Assembly: GCA_963827685.1 (NCBI GenBank)
Contig: CAWHBU010000004.1
Span: forward strand, 64,001 to 128,000
DNA length: 64,000 bases
From: an uncultured delta proteobacterium
GTDB lineage: Bacteria > Desulfobacterota > BSN033 > UBA1163
Reading direction: 5' to 3'
Shown here: piece after piece, positions 1-10,773 of the stretch
Layout of the letters: every line of letters begins with the position of its first letter
Position numbering within the stretch: the first letter of the stretch is position 1
Notes under the pieces: generated by a model
Seen by the model: only the letters and a program-made list of their open reading frames with translations
What the model was told of the DNA's origin: nothing
Databases searched by the model: none
Made by a program: the position numbers and the translations under genes

Positions 1-2
1 TC

Positions 3-476
3 CTTCTCTTTATATTCTTTTTATCCCCGGCATCCTCTGCGGTGTCCGGTGATTATTATAAATGGAAAGATAAGGATGGGAACGTAGTTTTCTCTGACAT
101 CCCTCCCCCGCCCGGAGTAAACGCGGAGATGAAGGAGTTTAAACAAGATGCGACAGAAAGACCAAAGACAAAAGAATATCCCCAAAGGCCCTCCAATGAA
201 AGTGTTAAAGAGAAAAGGCCCTATGGGGATATCCATGTCATCATGTATATGACATCGTGGTGTCCCTATTGTGCCAAGGCGAGAAATTATCTGCGTTCTC
301 TGAACGTTAACTTGATCGAATACAATATCGAACAAGACAGAAGTAGAAGGGAGGAAATGCTGAGCAAGAGCGGTGGCTCTATGGGTGTTCCCGTCATCGA
401 TATTGAGGGGATTATCCTCCGAGGATACAACCCTGATACCCTTCAGGGAGCCATCGAGAGAAGAAGAAATTTATAA
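3..476 (+). CDS. Secreted DUF4124 + glutaredoxin/NrdH-like protein (5' end outside window)
   Basis: Frame is open to the window edge and reads as a signal peptide (LLFIFFLSPASSA). YKWKDKDGNVVFSDIPP is DUF4124-like; WCPYC and GVPVI are glutaredoxin motifs. Confidence 0.8.
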   Translation, partial: LLFIFFLSPASSAVSGDYYKWKDKDGNVVFSDIPPPPGVNAEMKEFKQDATERPKTKEYPQRPSNESVKEKRPYGDIHVIMYMTSWCPYCAKARNYLRSLNVNLIEYNIEQDRSRREEMLSKSGGSMGVPVIDIEGIILRGYNPDTLQGAIERRRNL

Positions 477-574
477 ATTTGCTTAAATTCTATCAGACAA
501 GTCCATCATTATAACCTGATAACCTGTCAAACTCGCCTACGACTACGCTGCGAATCATTAACCCCTTAATTTTC

Positions 575-1327
575 TTGAAAAAAATCGGGACTCGTGTTAG
601 TTTTGTTTTGACTATGAATGAAACGATGATTGAGACGTACCAGGTTTCTAAGACTTATCCGAGTCAGATCTCCGCTCTTTCGGATATCACCATGGAGATC
701 TTATCAGGAGAATTCACATTCATTGCGGGTCCCAGCGGTTCTGGGAAAAGCACCCTTCTTCGCATCCTGTTCTGTGCAGAAAGACCCACGAGTGGGGAGG
801 TCGTCGTTCATGGGACGCATATCACCCAACCTGGTTTCAAAAAAATCTATCAATTGAGAAGGATGATGGGAATCGTTTCGCAAGATTTTAAATTATTAAA
901 AGACCGGACCGTAAACGAAAATGTCGCCCTCGCTCTGGAAGCAACCGGTCACACCCGGAAGGAGGCAAAAAGTAGAGCCTCGGATATGTTGAGGCGAGTT
1001 GGGCTTGAAGAGAGAGAAGGAGATTCCATCCTTGCCCTCTCAGCGGGAGAACAACAGCGGGTGGCTATCGCCCGGGCTCTGGTCAATTCACCGCCCTTAA
1101 TTCTCGCCGATGAACCCACAGGGAATTTGGATGCCAAGACGACCCTTGATATCATGGCGATCTTTACCGATCTGCACCAAAAGGGAACGACGATCGTGTT
1201 TGCTACTCAATTTACAGGACTCGTTAAACGTTTTCCTTATCGTGTCATTCAGATTTTGAATGGGCAGATCTCGAATGGAAGAAAGGTGGACATCGATAAG
1301 GGTCGAGAGGTCAAGGCAGGGGAATGA
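575..1327 (+). CDS. ftsE: Cell division ABC ATPase FtsE (true start probably ATG 614 or 626)
   Basis: [28 protein letters not shown]; directly upstream of ftsX-envC. Confidence 0.85.
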   Translation: MKKIGTRVSFVLTMNETMIETYQVSKTYPSQISALSDITMEILSGEFTFIAGPSGSGKSTLLRILFCAERPTSGEVVVHGTHITQPGFKKIYQLRRMMGIVSQDFKLLKDRTVNENVALALEATGHTRKEAKSRASDMLRRVGLEEREGDSILALSAGEQQRVAIARALVNSPPLILADEPTGNLDAKTTLDIMAIFTDLHQKGTTIVFATQFTGLVKRFPYRVIQILNGQISNGRKVDIDKGREVKAGE

Positions 1328-2223
1328 TGTTTTTTCTCAAGTATGTGGCGAGGCGGACTTTTCAAAACATGATGGGAAACTTATTCCCAAATCTCATCAC
1401 GATCGGCATCATCGTCATCTCAATGCTGATCTTTTCGACCTTCACTTTGCTCGCCTTCAACCTGACCAACTTCCTCAAGATTTGGGAGGACAAAATTGAG
1501 GTCATCGCCTACTTGAAGCGAGGAACCCCTTCCAGTGAAGTGGAACCTCTCTTAAACAAGACTCGGCTCCTTGAAGGGGTGGAGATTGTAAGATATGTCT
1601 CCCCTTACGATGCGATGACCTTTGTGGAGACGAAATTGGGCGGGCAAAAAAACCTTCTCGAAGGGATTGAACCAGCCCTTCTTCCGCCTTCCTTCGAAAT
1701 TCAATTAAAGAAGGATTATCGGAATTCCACAAGGATTAAAGAGGTGGTCACCCATTTGAAAGAAATTCCGCAATTTGAAGAAATTCAATACGGACAAGAG
1801 TGGGTGGAGACATTTTCTGTGCTCGTCCATATCCTGCGCCTCACCCAATGGATACTGGGAGGGCTTCTCCTCATCGCGATCGTATTCATCACTTCCAATA
1901 CCCTCCAATTAACCATCTCCTCCCGTCGGGAGGAGATCGAAGTGATGTACTGGGTGGGGGCAAGCCCTGCTTTCATCCGGGTCCCCTTCTACGTGGAAGG
2001 ACTCATTCAAGGTCTCCTCGGAGGAGGATTGGCGATTCTTTTTCTCTTCTTGTTGCATCAAGGGCTTTTTCTCTACATTCCCCCGTCCATGCAAGCGTGG
2101 TTGGCAAAGATCCCCGTCCTTTTTTTGCCACCGGAGACCATTGCCTGGATATTATTAGGAGGAATGGTACTTGGTTTTTTTGGGAGCATCGTCGCTTCGA
2201 TGAGGGTTCTAAAATATAGATGA
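1324..2223 (+). CDS. ftsX: Cell division permease FtsX
   Basis: 4 TM with periplasmic loop; SNTLQLTISSRREEIEVM..VGA...IRVPFYVEG motif. Confidence 0.9.
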   Translation: MMFFLKYVARRTFQNMMGNLFPNLITIGIIVISMLIFSTFTLLAFNLTNFLKIWEDKIEVIAYLKRGTPSSEVEPLLNKTRLLEGVEIVRYVSPYDAMTFVETKLGGQKNLLEGIEPALLPPSFEIQLKKDYRNSTRIKEVVTHLKEIPQFEEIQYGQEWVETFSVLVHILRLTQWILGGLLLIAIVFITSNTLQLTISSRREEIEVMYWVGASPAFIRVPFYVEGLIQGLLGGGLAILFLFLLHQGLFLYIPPSMQAWLAKIPVLFLPPETIAWILLGGMVLGFFGSIVASMRVLKYR

Positions 2224-3428
2224 AAGGGTTTTTGAGTAAGAGAGGGATAGGGATTGGAGGTTTTCTGATAGGATGGATGATCTCCTTCGGGACGCTTTGG
2301 GCCGTCCCCGCCGATCAGATTGATAAGGACATCACCCAAAAAAAGAAGGACCTCAAAGACATTAAAAAAGAAATCAACTTAACCAAGGAGAAGGAAAAAA
2401 AGGCTCGGGGAAAAGAATCTTCCATCCTTGGAACCCTCCATCTCCTGGAAGTTGAGCTTTATCGAAAGGAGAAAGAATTAGGACAGATGGAGACGCAGTT
2501 GACCCAAACCCAGGAAAAGCTCCGCCAGACAAGATACCAGATCGTCGTGCTCAGCGAAGGGATGGAGCATTCCAAAGAGGAGCTCTTCGCCAGGCTGATC
2601 GCCCTGTATAAGATGGGAAGGGTTCCTGTGGAGGGTCTCCTTCTCACGTCACAATCTTACCCCGATCTATTGAGGCTTGATAAATATTTAAGGGTCATTA
2701 TTGATTACGATGCTCGCCTGGTCGAGACCTACCGTTATCAAGTCGTTTTGAAAGAACGATACCAGGAGGAGTTGATTCAGGATCAGTTCCAATGGCAGCG
2801 AAATATTTCTGAGATAGAGAAGAAGAAAAAGGAGATCACGAAGGTCAGTGGGAAGAAACGGGCACTCCTCAAGTCCATCCAGGATCAAAAGGTAGTCTAC
2901 CAGAAGGTCCTGTTGGAATTAGAAGAGCGAGCCAAGGGACTTCAAACGCTCGTGGCTAAACTGGAACGGGAGAAGAGTCTTCTGACCTACGGGAAATTGA
3001 AATACGAAACCCTCAAGGGAAAGTTGACCCCACCCGTCCAGGGGAAAGTGCTCAGTTTGTTTAAAGAGAAGGGGCAGAATGGGATTGAAATCAAAGCCCC
3101 GATGGGAGCCCAGATTCGAGCGGTCCTCTCTGGGAAAGTTCTCTATGCCGATTGGTTCAAGGGATTTGGAAATATTGTGATTATCGATCACGGGGATCAT
3201 ACCTTCACTGTTTCCGGTTACTGTTCTGAGTTATTGAAGAAACCTGGAGATGCTGTTTCCGAGGGCGAAGCGATCGCCCTGGTAGGAAGCGCGGGATCAT
3301 TGAAGGGTCCTTGTCTCTATTTTGAAATTCGCCATCACGGCAAACCTCAGGATCCTATGGAATGGCTCTCTCACTTAGATCGAATCGTTTCCCTTCCCGA
3401 GGAGCATCGCAAAGGGTTGAAAGGATGA
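2220..3428 (+). CDS. envC: Murein hydrolase activator EnvC (coiled coil + degenerate M23)
   Basis: Long coiled coil; C-terminal LytM-like domain (GFGNIVIIDHG, LYFEIR) lacking Zn ligands; context. Confidence 0.85.
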   Translation: MKGFLSKRGIGIGGFLIGWMISFGTLWAVPADQIDKDITQKKKDLKDIKKEINLTKEKEKKARGKESSILGTLHLLEVELYRKEKELGQMETQLTQTQEKLRQTRYQIVVLSEGMEHSKEELFARLIALYKMGRVPVEGLLLTSQSYPDLLRLDKYLRVIIDYDARLVETYRYQVVLKERYQEELIQDQFQWQRNISEIEKKKKEITKVSGKKRALLKSIQDQKVVYQKVLLELEERAKGLQTLVAKLEREKSLLTYGKLKYETLKGKLTPPVQGKVLSLFKEKGQNGIEIKAPMGAQIRAVLSGKVLYADWFKGFGNIVIIDHGDHTFTVSGYCSELLKKPGDAVSEGEAIALVGSAGSLKGPCLYFEIRHHGKPQDPMEWLSHLDRIVSLPEEHRKGLKG

Positions 3429-3556
3429 TAAAGAGGTCTCTCAAAAACCGCTCAATCTTGGGAGCCCTCGAATATTTGCAGTCTGTGTAATCGTTTCTCA
3501 ATTTAGGGTATTAGAGATTTTTGGAAATTTTCAGAAATCTCCTAAAGGAGGATGAT

Positions 3557-4891
3557 ATGTCTCAGTGGAAAAGAATAGGAAATCTTAGAATCGTTTTGAT
3601 GATCCTTGCGGTCTTCCTCATCGGAGTCCTGATCGGGTCGGGCCAATCTCAAAGGGTTTCAGCCCTTCCCGATAGTACGTACGAAGATCTGAAGGTTTTT
3701 GCGGATGTCCTGGGTCTCATTCAGAAGGATTACGTGGAGGAGACCAAATCAAAGGACCTGATTTATGGTGCGATCAAAGGGATGCTGGAGACCTTAGACC
3801 CCCATTCCGGCTTCATGCCGCCTGATATGTATAAAGAAATGCAGGACGAGACAAAAGGCCGGTTTGAAGGATTGGGAATCGAGATCACCGTTAAAGATGG
3901 CATTCTCACCGTGGTCTCTCCCATCGAAGATACGCCCGCGTACAAGGCTGGAGTTCTGGCTGGGGATCAGATTATTAAGATCGAGGGAGAGTCGACCAAA
4001 AATTTCACCCTGATGGATAGTGTGAAACGATTGCGAGGCCCCAAGGGGACCAAAGTGACGATCACCATCATGCGGGAGGGCCTCACCAAACCTAAAGATT
4101 TCACGTTGGTCCGGGATGTCATCCCCGTCCGAAGTGTTCGCCACGAATTGTTGGAGAAGAATTACGGGTATATCCGCCTCTCCCAATTTCAAGAAAAGAC
4201 GGATGGTGACTTTGAGAAGGCGATGAAGGCATTGGAGCAAGAGAGCAATGGAGCCCTGAAAGGGTTGGTCCTCGATCTTCGGAATAACCCGGGAGGCCTT
4301 TTGGATTCAGCCGCTCAAATAGCAAATCGATTCATCGACTCGGGGCTGATTGTTTCGGTAGAGGGGAGGAGAGAGGATCAGAACAGAAAATATTATGCTC
4401 ACCCTGATGGGAATGTTAGTCATTATCCACTGGTCGTCTTGGTCAACGGCGGGAGCGCCAGTGGTGCGGAGATCGTGGCAGGTGCCATTCAGGATTACGG
4501 TCGTGGCATCATCGTCGGAACTCAGACGTTTGGAAAGGGATCGGTTCAAACGATCATCCCATTGAAGGATGGATCGGGTTTGAGGTTGACCACTGCAAGA
4601 TACTTTACCCCCAGTGGTCGTTCCATTCAGGCCAAAGGAATTGTGCCTGATATCATTGTCAAACCTTCGCGGGCTGAGGAGGAGAAGGAGGTCGTTATCC
4701 CCAAACTCCCTGCAGAAAGGGATTTGGAGAGACATCTGATGGATATGGAGAAGGGGGTGCCCAAGGAGAAAGAAAAATCAAAGAAGGAAGAGGTGAAGGA
4801 GAAAAAACCAGTCGATCATCAACTGGAGCGAGCCCTTGAGCTTCTAAAAAGTTGGGAAATTTTTAAAAATATAGCCAAAGGAGATAAATAG
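3557..4891 (+). CDS. ctpA: C-terminal processing protease, S41 family
   Basis: LDPHS, PDZ, DLRNNPGG, SASGAEIVAGA, GKGSVQ; RBS AGGAGG before ATG 3557. Confidence 0.92.
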   Translation: MSQWKRIGNLRIVLMILAVFLIGVLIGSGQSQRVSALPDSTYEDLKVFADVLGLIQKDYVEETKSKDLIYGAIKGMLETLDPHSGFMPPDMYKEMQDETKGRFEGLGIEITVKDGILTVVSPIEDTPAYKAGVLAGDQIIKIEGESTKNFTLMDSVKRLRGPKGTKVTITIMREGLTKPKDFTLVRDVIPVRSVRHELLEKNYGYIRLSQFQEKTDGDFEKAMKALEQESNGALKGLVLDLRNNPGGLLDSAAQIANRFIDSGLIVSVEGRREDQNRKYYAHPDGNVSHYPLVVLVNGGSASGAEIVAGAIQDYGRGIIVGTQTFGKGSVQTIIPLKDGSGLRLTTARYFTPSGRSIQAKGIVPDIIVKPSRAEEEKEVVIPKLPAERDLERHLMDMEKGVPKEKEKSKKEEVKEKKPVDHQLERALELLKSWEIFKNIAKGDK

Positions 4892-4962
4892 TTCAGAGTT
4901 CGGAGAAAAAAAGAACTCAAAAGCAAGAATTAAAAACTCGTTCGAAGGTTTTACAGGGTTCA

Positions 4963-6099
4963 ATGGCTAAACCACCACGCAGGCGAGGAAGACGGAGGAG
5001 GTGGATGGGTTATTTCTTCTCTTTCTTTCTCGGTGTGCTTCTGACATTTGGCGGATACGTCTATCTGACACGAGAAAAAGCTCTCTCTCCAGAGGATTTT
5101 TATAAGAACGTTTTTTTGGTCGACCAAATTATTCAAAGCCAGCTCTACGAGATCGGCCTTCAAAAAAAGAATATCCTTCTTCATCAGTCCTTATCAAAAA
5201 AAGAAGGAGACCTGACCTGGAAACAATCTTCTTTGAAGATCCAGGTTCTCCCCCCCCTTGCTTTCTCTCTAATTGAAGAAAATTTTAGGAGAAGCCTCTC
5301 TGCCCTTGGGAAACCCGTTTCGATCCAGTCCTCCCCAAAATCAGAATCCCTCTATTTGGAGGTTAAGGTTCTGAATCGAATCACCCATCAACTTACCTTT
5401 GTCTCCTCTATCCCATTCGCTCTGAAAACGGCTCTTCGCCCGAGGATTGCTATTGTGATTGACGACCTAGGGGGTGAAAACAAAATTTCTCAAGAACTCC
5501 TTCGTTGGGATCTCCCCATCACCTTTTCCATTCTTCCTTTCACCCCGTATTCTAAGGTTCTTGCTGGAGAGGCTCACCGAAGGGGAAAGGACGTCATCCT
5601 CCATCTTCCCATGGAGCCTCACGGCTATCCGCAGACCCGTCCGGGTGAGGGAGTTCTCCTTGAAGAGATGGATGAGGCGAGGTTACTTCGCCAACTCTCT
5701 AAAGATATTGAGGCGGTCCCTTACATCAAAGGAGTCAGCAGTCATATGGGGTCTCGATTGATGGAAGATCCCGAGAAGATCAAGATCGTCTTTTTAGAAT
5801 TGAAAAGGCGAGGACTCTTCTTTTTGGACAGTCGGACCACTCCTCAAACCGTTGGTCTCCAGGTTGCCGAATCCGTGGGCTTGAAGGCCATGGAAAGGAG
5901 CATTTTCATCGACAATTCATCGAATGAAGAAGATATCAAAAGGCAACTGGAACGGCTGATCCGCCTCTCTCTTTCCACAGGCAAAGCGATCGGGATTGGC
6001 CACCCTCATCCCTCCACGATTAAATACCTCAAAGAGATGATTCCTAAAATGAAGGAGAAGGGAATCGATATCGTCCCACTCTCTGCGGTGATGGAATAG
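4963..6099 (+). CDS. Divergent polysaccharide deacetylase family protein
   Basis: IAIVIDDLG, LHLPMEP, HMGS, FLDSRT, AIGIGHP; usual neighbour of envC-ctpA. Confidence 0.9.
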   Translation: MAKPPRRRGRRRRWMGYFFSFFLGVLLTFGGYVYLTREKALSPEDFYKNVFLVDQIIQSQLYEIGLQKKNILLHQSLSKKEGDLTWKQSSLKIQVLPPLAFSLIEENFRRSLSALGKPVSIQSSPKSESLYLEVKVLNRITHQLTFVSSIPFALKTALRPRIAIVIDDLGGENKISQELLRWDLPITFSILPFTPYSKVLAGEAHRRGKDVILHLPMEPHGYPQTRPGEGVLLEEMDEARLLRQLSKDIEAVPYIKGVSSHMGSRLMEDPEKIKIVFLELKRRGLFFLDSRTTPQTVGLQVAESVGLKAMERSIFIDNSSNEEDIKRQLERLIRLSLSTGKAIGIGHPHPSTIKYLKEMIPKMKEKGIDIVPLSAVME

Positions 6100-6232
6100 T
6101 TAATAAACAAGCTCCAAACACCCATCACCAAATAATCATCAAAATTTCAATGACCGAAATTCTTAAAATCGGACTGATGGATACTTTTGTGAACTGGTGA
6201 TTGGGATTTTTGGAACGATTTGAAATCTGCAA

Positions 6233-6400
6233 TCAGCTGTAGATCTTCAGAATTTCATCTCGAGGAAGAGGTTTAAGCTCTTTACGAGCTTTTTGATCTA
6301 TTCTCAAAACCCTCGCAGGCCCTTTCTTCACCTTACCGATGACTCGGAAGGGAATAGAATTTCTTCTGAAGGCTTTTTGAATTGGAAAGGATCTTTGGAG
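6233..6400 (-). pseudogene. C-terminal remnant resembling an AIR-synthase/HypE-like protein
   Basis: Manual translation: ...IQKAFRRNSIPFRVIGKVKKGPARVLRID...LKPLPRDEILKIYS*. No start; abuts the next gene. Confidence 0.45.
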
Positions 6401-6404
6401 GAGT

Positions 6405-6608
6405 TCAGGGTTTAATAATCACTTTGATCTGGGAAGCATTTTTGTCAATCTTTGTGCCCACCGAGGAGGAACAATAGGCACAGAGGTATTCATATTCCTC
6501 CCCTTCGGGTAAGACCAAAAGCAATCTCTTCCTTACGGGCACCGCTGCCTTACACCTGGGACAGTAAAGGGAGGTTGCTTCGAACTGTTCGAAACTGGGT
6601 TTCTGCAT
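6405..6608 (-). CDS. Small Zn-ribbon-like conserved hypothetical protein
   Basis: LYCPRC...LLLVLPEG..YEYLCAYC; ATG 6608. Confidence 0.75.
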   Translation of the reverse strand: MQKPSFEQFEATSLYCPRCKAAVPVRKRLLLVLPEGEEYEYLCAYCSSSVGTKIDKNASQIKVIIKP

Positions 6609-6882
6609 ACCAATAATTATAAAAAAAGATGAGTCAGTAAACAACCATTTTTCGTCCTATTTGTGATTCCCCTGGGAGACCCGATAGAAATGTACCATCC
6701 TCACATCTGAGGGCCTCTTTGATGAAGAATGATTTTTTGATTTCTCCCTCCAGGATTAAAAATAGTCTGAGCCATATCAAAAGCCCTCGTGTTTGCATTT
6801 CTATTGACTAAAAAGCTGTTATGGGAAAGTGGTTAAAATTCCATTGGAACATGAATTTGGAAGATGATATAAAGAATAAGCA

Positions 6883-7431
6883 ATGAGGGGAAAAGCCTTT
6901 CTTCGCTGTCTTTCTTTGATCCTCATCCTCCTTTTCAGCCTTTTTTTCACAGCGGAAGGAGGAGAGGATAATCTCTTTTCAAAAATAAGGATCAATCCGA
7001 TTAAGGGCGATAAGAAGGCTCCGGATTTTTCTTTGAAAGACTTGAATGGTAAAAAGGTTGAAATAAAACAATTCAAAGGGAAGATTATCTTTCTCAATTT
7101 TTGGGCCACTTGGTGTGGTCCCTGCAAAGAGGAGATACCCAGCCTGGAGGTTCTGCACCAGCAGTTTCAAGAGAAAAATTTTGTCTTACTAACGATTTCT
7201 GTTGACTACGAAGGTTTGAAGCCTGTTCAGGATTTTATTAGCAAACATCATTACACCTTCCCTGTTTTACTCGATCCCAACTGCGAGGTCCTTGACCTTT
7301 TTGAAGTAAAAGGAATTCCAACGACCTTCGTCATCGACAAAAGGGGAAGAATGATCGGGAGGGCTATCGGTCCCAGGAATTGGAAAAGTCCAGAGGTTTT
7401 CTCTCTTATAAATCTCCTGATCGAAAAATAA
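6883..7431 (+). CDS. TlpA/ResA-like thiol-disulfide oxidoreductase
   Basis: APDFSL, LNFWATWCGPC, GIPTTFVID; N-terminal membrane anchor. Confidence 0.92.
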   Translation: MRGKAFLRCLSLILILLFSLFFTAEGGEDNLFSKIRINPIKGDKKAPDFSLKDLNGKKVEIKQFKGKIIFLNFWATWCGPCKEEIPSLEVLHQQFQEKNFVLLTISVDYEGLKPVQDFISKHHYTFPVLLDPNCEVLDLFEVKGIPTTFVIDKRGRMIGRAIGPRNWKSPEVFSLINLLIEK

Positions 7432-7754
7432 GGGGAAGAAATAATGAAGAGGATGCCTCCGTTACGGGTGCGAGAGGTTGGTCCCCGCCACGGATAACTG
7501 AGAAGGTGTGAAAAAATTGTCTCGAGTTGAGAGGGCGGGTAGGGATATCGAAAGAGTTTTATAGCGATACCTCTTTGCGTCAACGACTCACGATGAAAAA
7601 CTTCAATCATGCTTTTTACCTGCATAGCCTTAGTTACCTTTGCATCCAAACGACCGCTTTTGTAAAACTTTGAAAATATCCCTGCCCGCCCGGCAGTGCC
7701 AATTTTTTTACACCTTCCGAGGCATTACCAAATAAGGGTATAAGGATGGGACCT

Positions 7755-7769
7755 TGGCACAAGAATTGC
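7755..7769 (+). promoter_or_regulatory. Sigma54 -24/-12 promoter
   Basis: TGGCAC-AAGAA-TTGC, exact consensus and spacing, in a long intergenic region. Confidence 0.7.
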
Positions 7770-7874
7770 TGAATAAAATATAGAACTTTAGTAAAATCGT
7801 TTATTTTTGAATTGTGATATTCCCACAGCTTAGTTTATAGGGAAGAGTATAAGTCCATAATTTCAAGTACTAAG

Positions 7875-7972
7875 AAAAAGCTCTTGGCCAGGGACCTAAC
7901 TGAACTTAGGTCCCAGAACTGCTAAAACCTTCACCCCCCTTAAGGTTTAGCCAATAGGTCAAGAGCTTTTTT
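7875..7972 (+). ncRNA. Candidate structured RNA (three-way junction ending in a U-tract)
   Basis: Outer stem AAAAAGCTCTTGGCC/GGTCAAGAGCTTTTT with one G-U encloses hairpins GGGACCTAA/TTAGGTCCC and GCTAAAACCTT/AAGGTTTAGC; the second has a C-rich loop. Confidence 0.55.
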
Positions 7973-8254
7973 GTTTCAAATTTCAACACAATAGGGTCCA
8001 AAAATATACATGGTTGTAACTAATTTAAATTAAAAAAGTTTTGTAAATACAGTTCAAAATCATAGGTTTTAGCTGTAAGAATTAATTAACATTAAAAACC
8101 TACGGTTGTTTTCTATTTAAAATAAGGAGTTCATAGTATTTACTTATGTGTGTATTTTTATTAGTCTTTAAGAATATGATATTTTTCTTTCATGTTCTTG
8201 TTCAGAAATAATTCCATTGGGAATTGATTAATTTTTCAGAAGGAAGGTGACGAA

Positions 8255-9559
8255 ATGGGGTTAAGGTCATTTGGCTTGGCTAAAGCGATATTCTTCCTTT
8301 CTTTGATCTTCATGTCGATGCCTTGTTCCTCATCCGCCCAGTCAGAAAGACCACGGTTGAATGTTGATCGATTGATTGAAGAGGCACTCCAGAACAATCC
8401 AGAGATTTCAGCGGCAAAGATAAAATGGGAGGTCTTTAAAGAAAAAATACCTCAGGCCTATGCCTTGGAAGATCCAATGTTCGGTTTTGGAATCGTTAGC
8501 CTTCCTACTAATTTCAGTTTTAAAGATGAAGACATGACGATGAAGGAATTTTCCATCTCTCAGAGGTTTCCTTTTCCCGGAAAGAGACCCTTGATGAAGG
8601 AGATGGCATCCAGGGAGGCAGAAGCTGTTTCCGCAGAGATTCAAGGGAAGATACATCAGATTATTAAGGATGTGAAGACAGCTTACTACGATCTCTCTCA
8701 TAACTACCGAACAACAGAAGTCACCCAAAGGAACAAAAGGATTCTGGAAGATTTTGCCAAGATCGCTGAAACGCGCTATGCCGTTGGGGAGGGGATACAA
8801 CAGGATGTGTTTAAGGCCCATGTGGAGGTCTCTAAAATGGTGGATGAACTCATTATGTTGAGTCAACGGAAAAAAGCGCTCGAAGCAAAACTGAATGCTT
8901 TGCTGAATCGACCTCCAGAAACGCCTATGGATGAACCTGAAGACGTGGTTTTCAGAAAATTTCCTTTCACCATTGAAGAGCTCCAGAAGATGGCCTTAGA
9001 AATGAACCCTGCTCTGAAGGGAATGAAAAAGATGATCGAAGCCAAGGGAAAAGCCTATGCCCTTGCCAAGAGAGAGTATTACCCTGACTTTAATTTCAAA
9101 TTTGCCTATGGTCAGAGGGATAACGGGCCGGACATGAGACGCCGTGATATGCTCACAGGGATGGTAGAGATGAACATTCCCATCTTCTATAAGTCGAAGC
9201 AAGATCGAAAAGTGGCAGAGACAAAGGCTGAGATCCTGGCCACAGAGGCCCAATACCGGGCGATGAAGAATGAGGTCCTTTTCATGATTACTGATATGGC
9301 TTCTATGATCCAGCGCGGGGAAAGACAAATAGAACTCTACAAAACAGGAATCATTCCCCAGGCGAGCCTTCAAATCAATTCAGCCATGAGTTCCTATCGA
9401 GTGAATAAGGCTGATTTTATGACTCTATTGGATAGCCAAATGACGCTCTACAAATACGAGCTGGAGTATCATCAGGCGTTGACCGAGCATGAAAAGAATG
9501 CCGCCAACTTGGGGGCGACTGTTGGGAAACGGTTCTTGGAAGGGGGGGAAGGAAAGTGA
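8255..9559 (+). CDS. TolC-family outer membrane factor (CusC-like)
   Basis: Signal peptide, ALQNNPEI, SQRFPFPGKR, YYPDF repeats; precedes MFP and RND. Confidence 0.88.
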   Translation: MGLRSFGLAKAIFFLSLIFMSMPCSSSAQSERPRLNVDRLIEEALQNNPEISAAKIKWEVFKEKIPQAYALEDPMFGFGIVSLPTNFSFKDEDMTMKEFSISQRFPFPGKRPLMKEMASREAEAVSAEIQGKIHQIIKDVKTAYYDLSHNYRTTEVTQRNKRILEDFAKIAETRYAVGEGIQQDVFKAHVEVSKMVDELIMLSQRKKALEAKLNALLNRPPETPMDEPEDVVFRKFPFTIEELQKMALEMNPALKGMKKMIEAKGKAYALAKREYYPDFNFKFAYGQRDNGPDMRRRDMLTGMVEMNIPIFYKSKQDRKVAETKAEILATEAQYRAMKNEVLFMITDMASMIQRGERQIELYKTGIIPQASLQINSAMSSYRVNKADFMTLLDSQMTLYKYELEYHQALTEHEKNAANLGATVGKRFLEGGEGK

Positions 9560-10773
9560 AAAGATCGATTTGGATCGTCCTTTTTTGGGTCCTGCCTTGG
9601 CTGGTTTTAGGATGTGGAAGAGGGAAAGAGACCACCACACATCGGGGACATAAAGAGGAAGTGAAGCAGGAGGCGAAAAAAGCGGATGATATGGAGATGA
9701 AGAACCTGACCATGGAGTCCATCCAGAAGGAAGGAAAGATGGAGGAGGTGGCTCCTGGGACAGTTCAAATCTCTCCTGAACGACAACAGCTCATCGGTGT
9801 CAGAATCGGAGTCGTAGAGATGAGATCTCTTGAGAAGGTGATCCGGACCGTAGGCAGGGTGGACTATGACGAAAAGAGGATCGTTACGGTCTCACCCAAA
9901 ATCGGGGGTTGGATTGAAGACCTTTATGTCGATTTCACAGGCAGATTTGTCAAACAGGGAGATGCTCTTCTAACCATCTACAGCCCGGAATTAGTGTCCA
10001 CTCAAGAGGAATATCTTATCGCTCTTCGAGCAAAGAAAGATTTGGCAAAGAGTCCGTTTCCAGACGTGGCCGGCAGCGGAGACTCTCTTGCAGAATCTGC
10101 CAAGCGCCGCCTGAAACTCTGGGACATCAGTGATGATCAGATCAAAACCCTGGAAGAGAGTGGTCAGGCCAAAAAGACGCTCACTCTCTATTCGCCTTTT
10201 AGCGGATTCGTTCTGGAAAAATCAGCCTATAAAGGGATGAATGTTATGCCAGGGATCGCCTTGTATAAACTGGCTGACCTCTCGGTTGTCTGGCTCTATG
10301 CGGATATCTATGAATATGAACTTCCTTCCATCCGACTGGGGCAGCAAGCTTCCATTCAACTATCATATATCCCTGGAGAGACATTTACTGGAAGAGCAAT
10401 CTATATCTATCCTTCTCTCAATCCGGAGACTCGAACAGCAAAGGTGAGGTTCGAGATCCCAAATGCTCATGAAAGGCTGAAACCGGAGATGTACGCCAAT
10501 GTGGAGATTAAGGTTCCCTTAGGGCAGAAGTTAGCCGTGCCAGAAGGAGCAATCATTGATACGGGTGTCCGTCAGGTGGCGATCCTTGATAAAGGCAACG
10601 GTTATTTCGAACCGAGAGAGGTAAAGGTTGGGTCCAAGGTAGAAGGCTATTATGAGGTCATCAAAGGGCTCAAGGCTGGAGAACGGGTGGTGACGAGCGC
10701 TAATTTCCTCATCGACTCCGAATCGAAGTTAAAAGAAGCCGTGGGTGGTATGGCAGGTATGCCCGGAATGTAG
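9556..10773 (+). CDS. cusB: Heavy-metal efflux RND periplasmic adaptor (CusB-like)
   Basis: Lipoprotein signal, IYSPELVSTQEEY, LKPEMYA, ANFLIDSES, Met-rich ends. Confidence 0.88.
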   Translation: MKRSIWIVLFWVLPWLVLGCGRGKETTTHRGHKEEVKQEAKKADDMEMKNLTMESIQKEGKMEEVAPGTVQISPERQQLIGVRIGVVEMRSLEKVIRTVGRVDYDEKRIVTVSPKIGGWIEDLYVDFTGRFVKQGDALLTIYSPELVSTQEEYLIALRAKKDLAKSPFPDVAGSGDSLAESAKRRLKLWDISDDQIKTLEESGQAKKTLTLYSPFSGFVLEKSAYKGMNVMPGIALYKLADLSVVWLYADIYEYELPSIRLGQQASIQLSYIPGETFTGRAIYIYPSLNPETRTAKVRFEIPNAHERLKPEMYANVEIKVPLGQKLAVPEGAIIDTGVRQVAILDKGNGYFEPREVKVGSKVEGYYEVIKGLKAGERVVTSANFLIDSESKLKEAVGGMAGMPGM

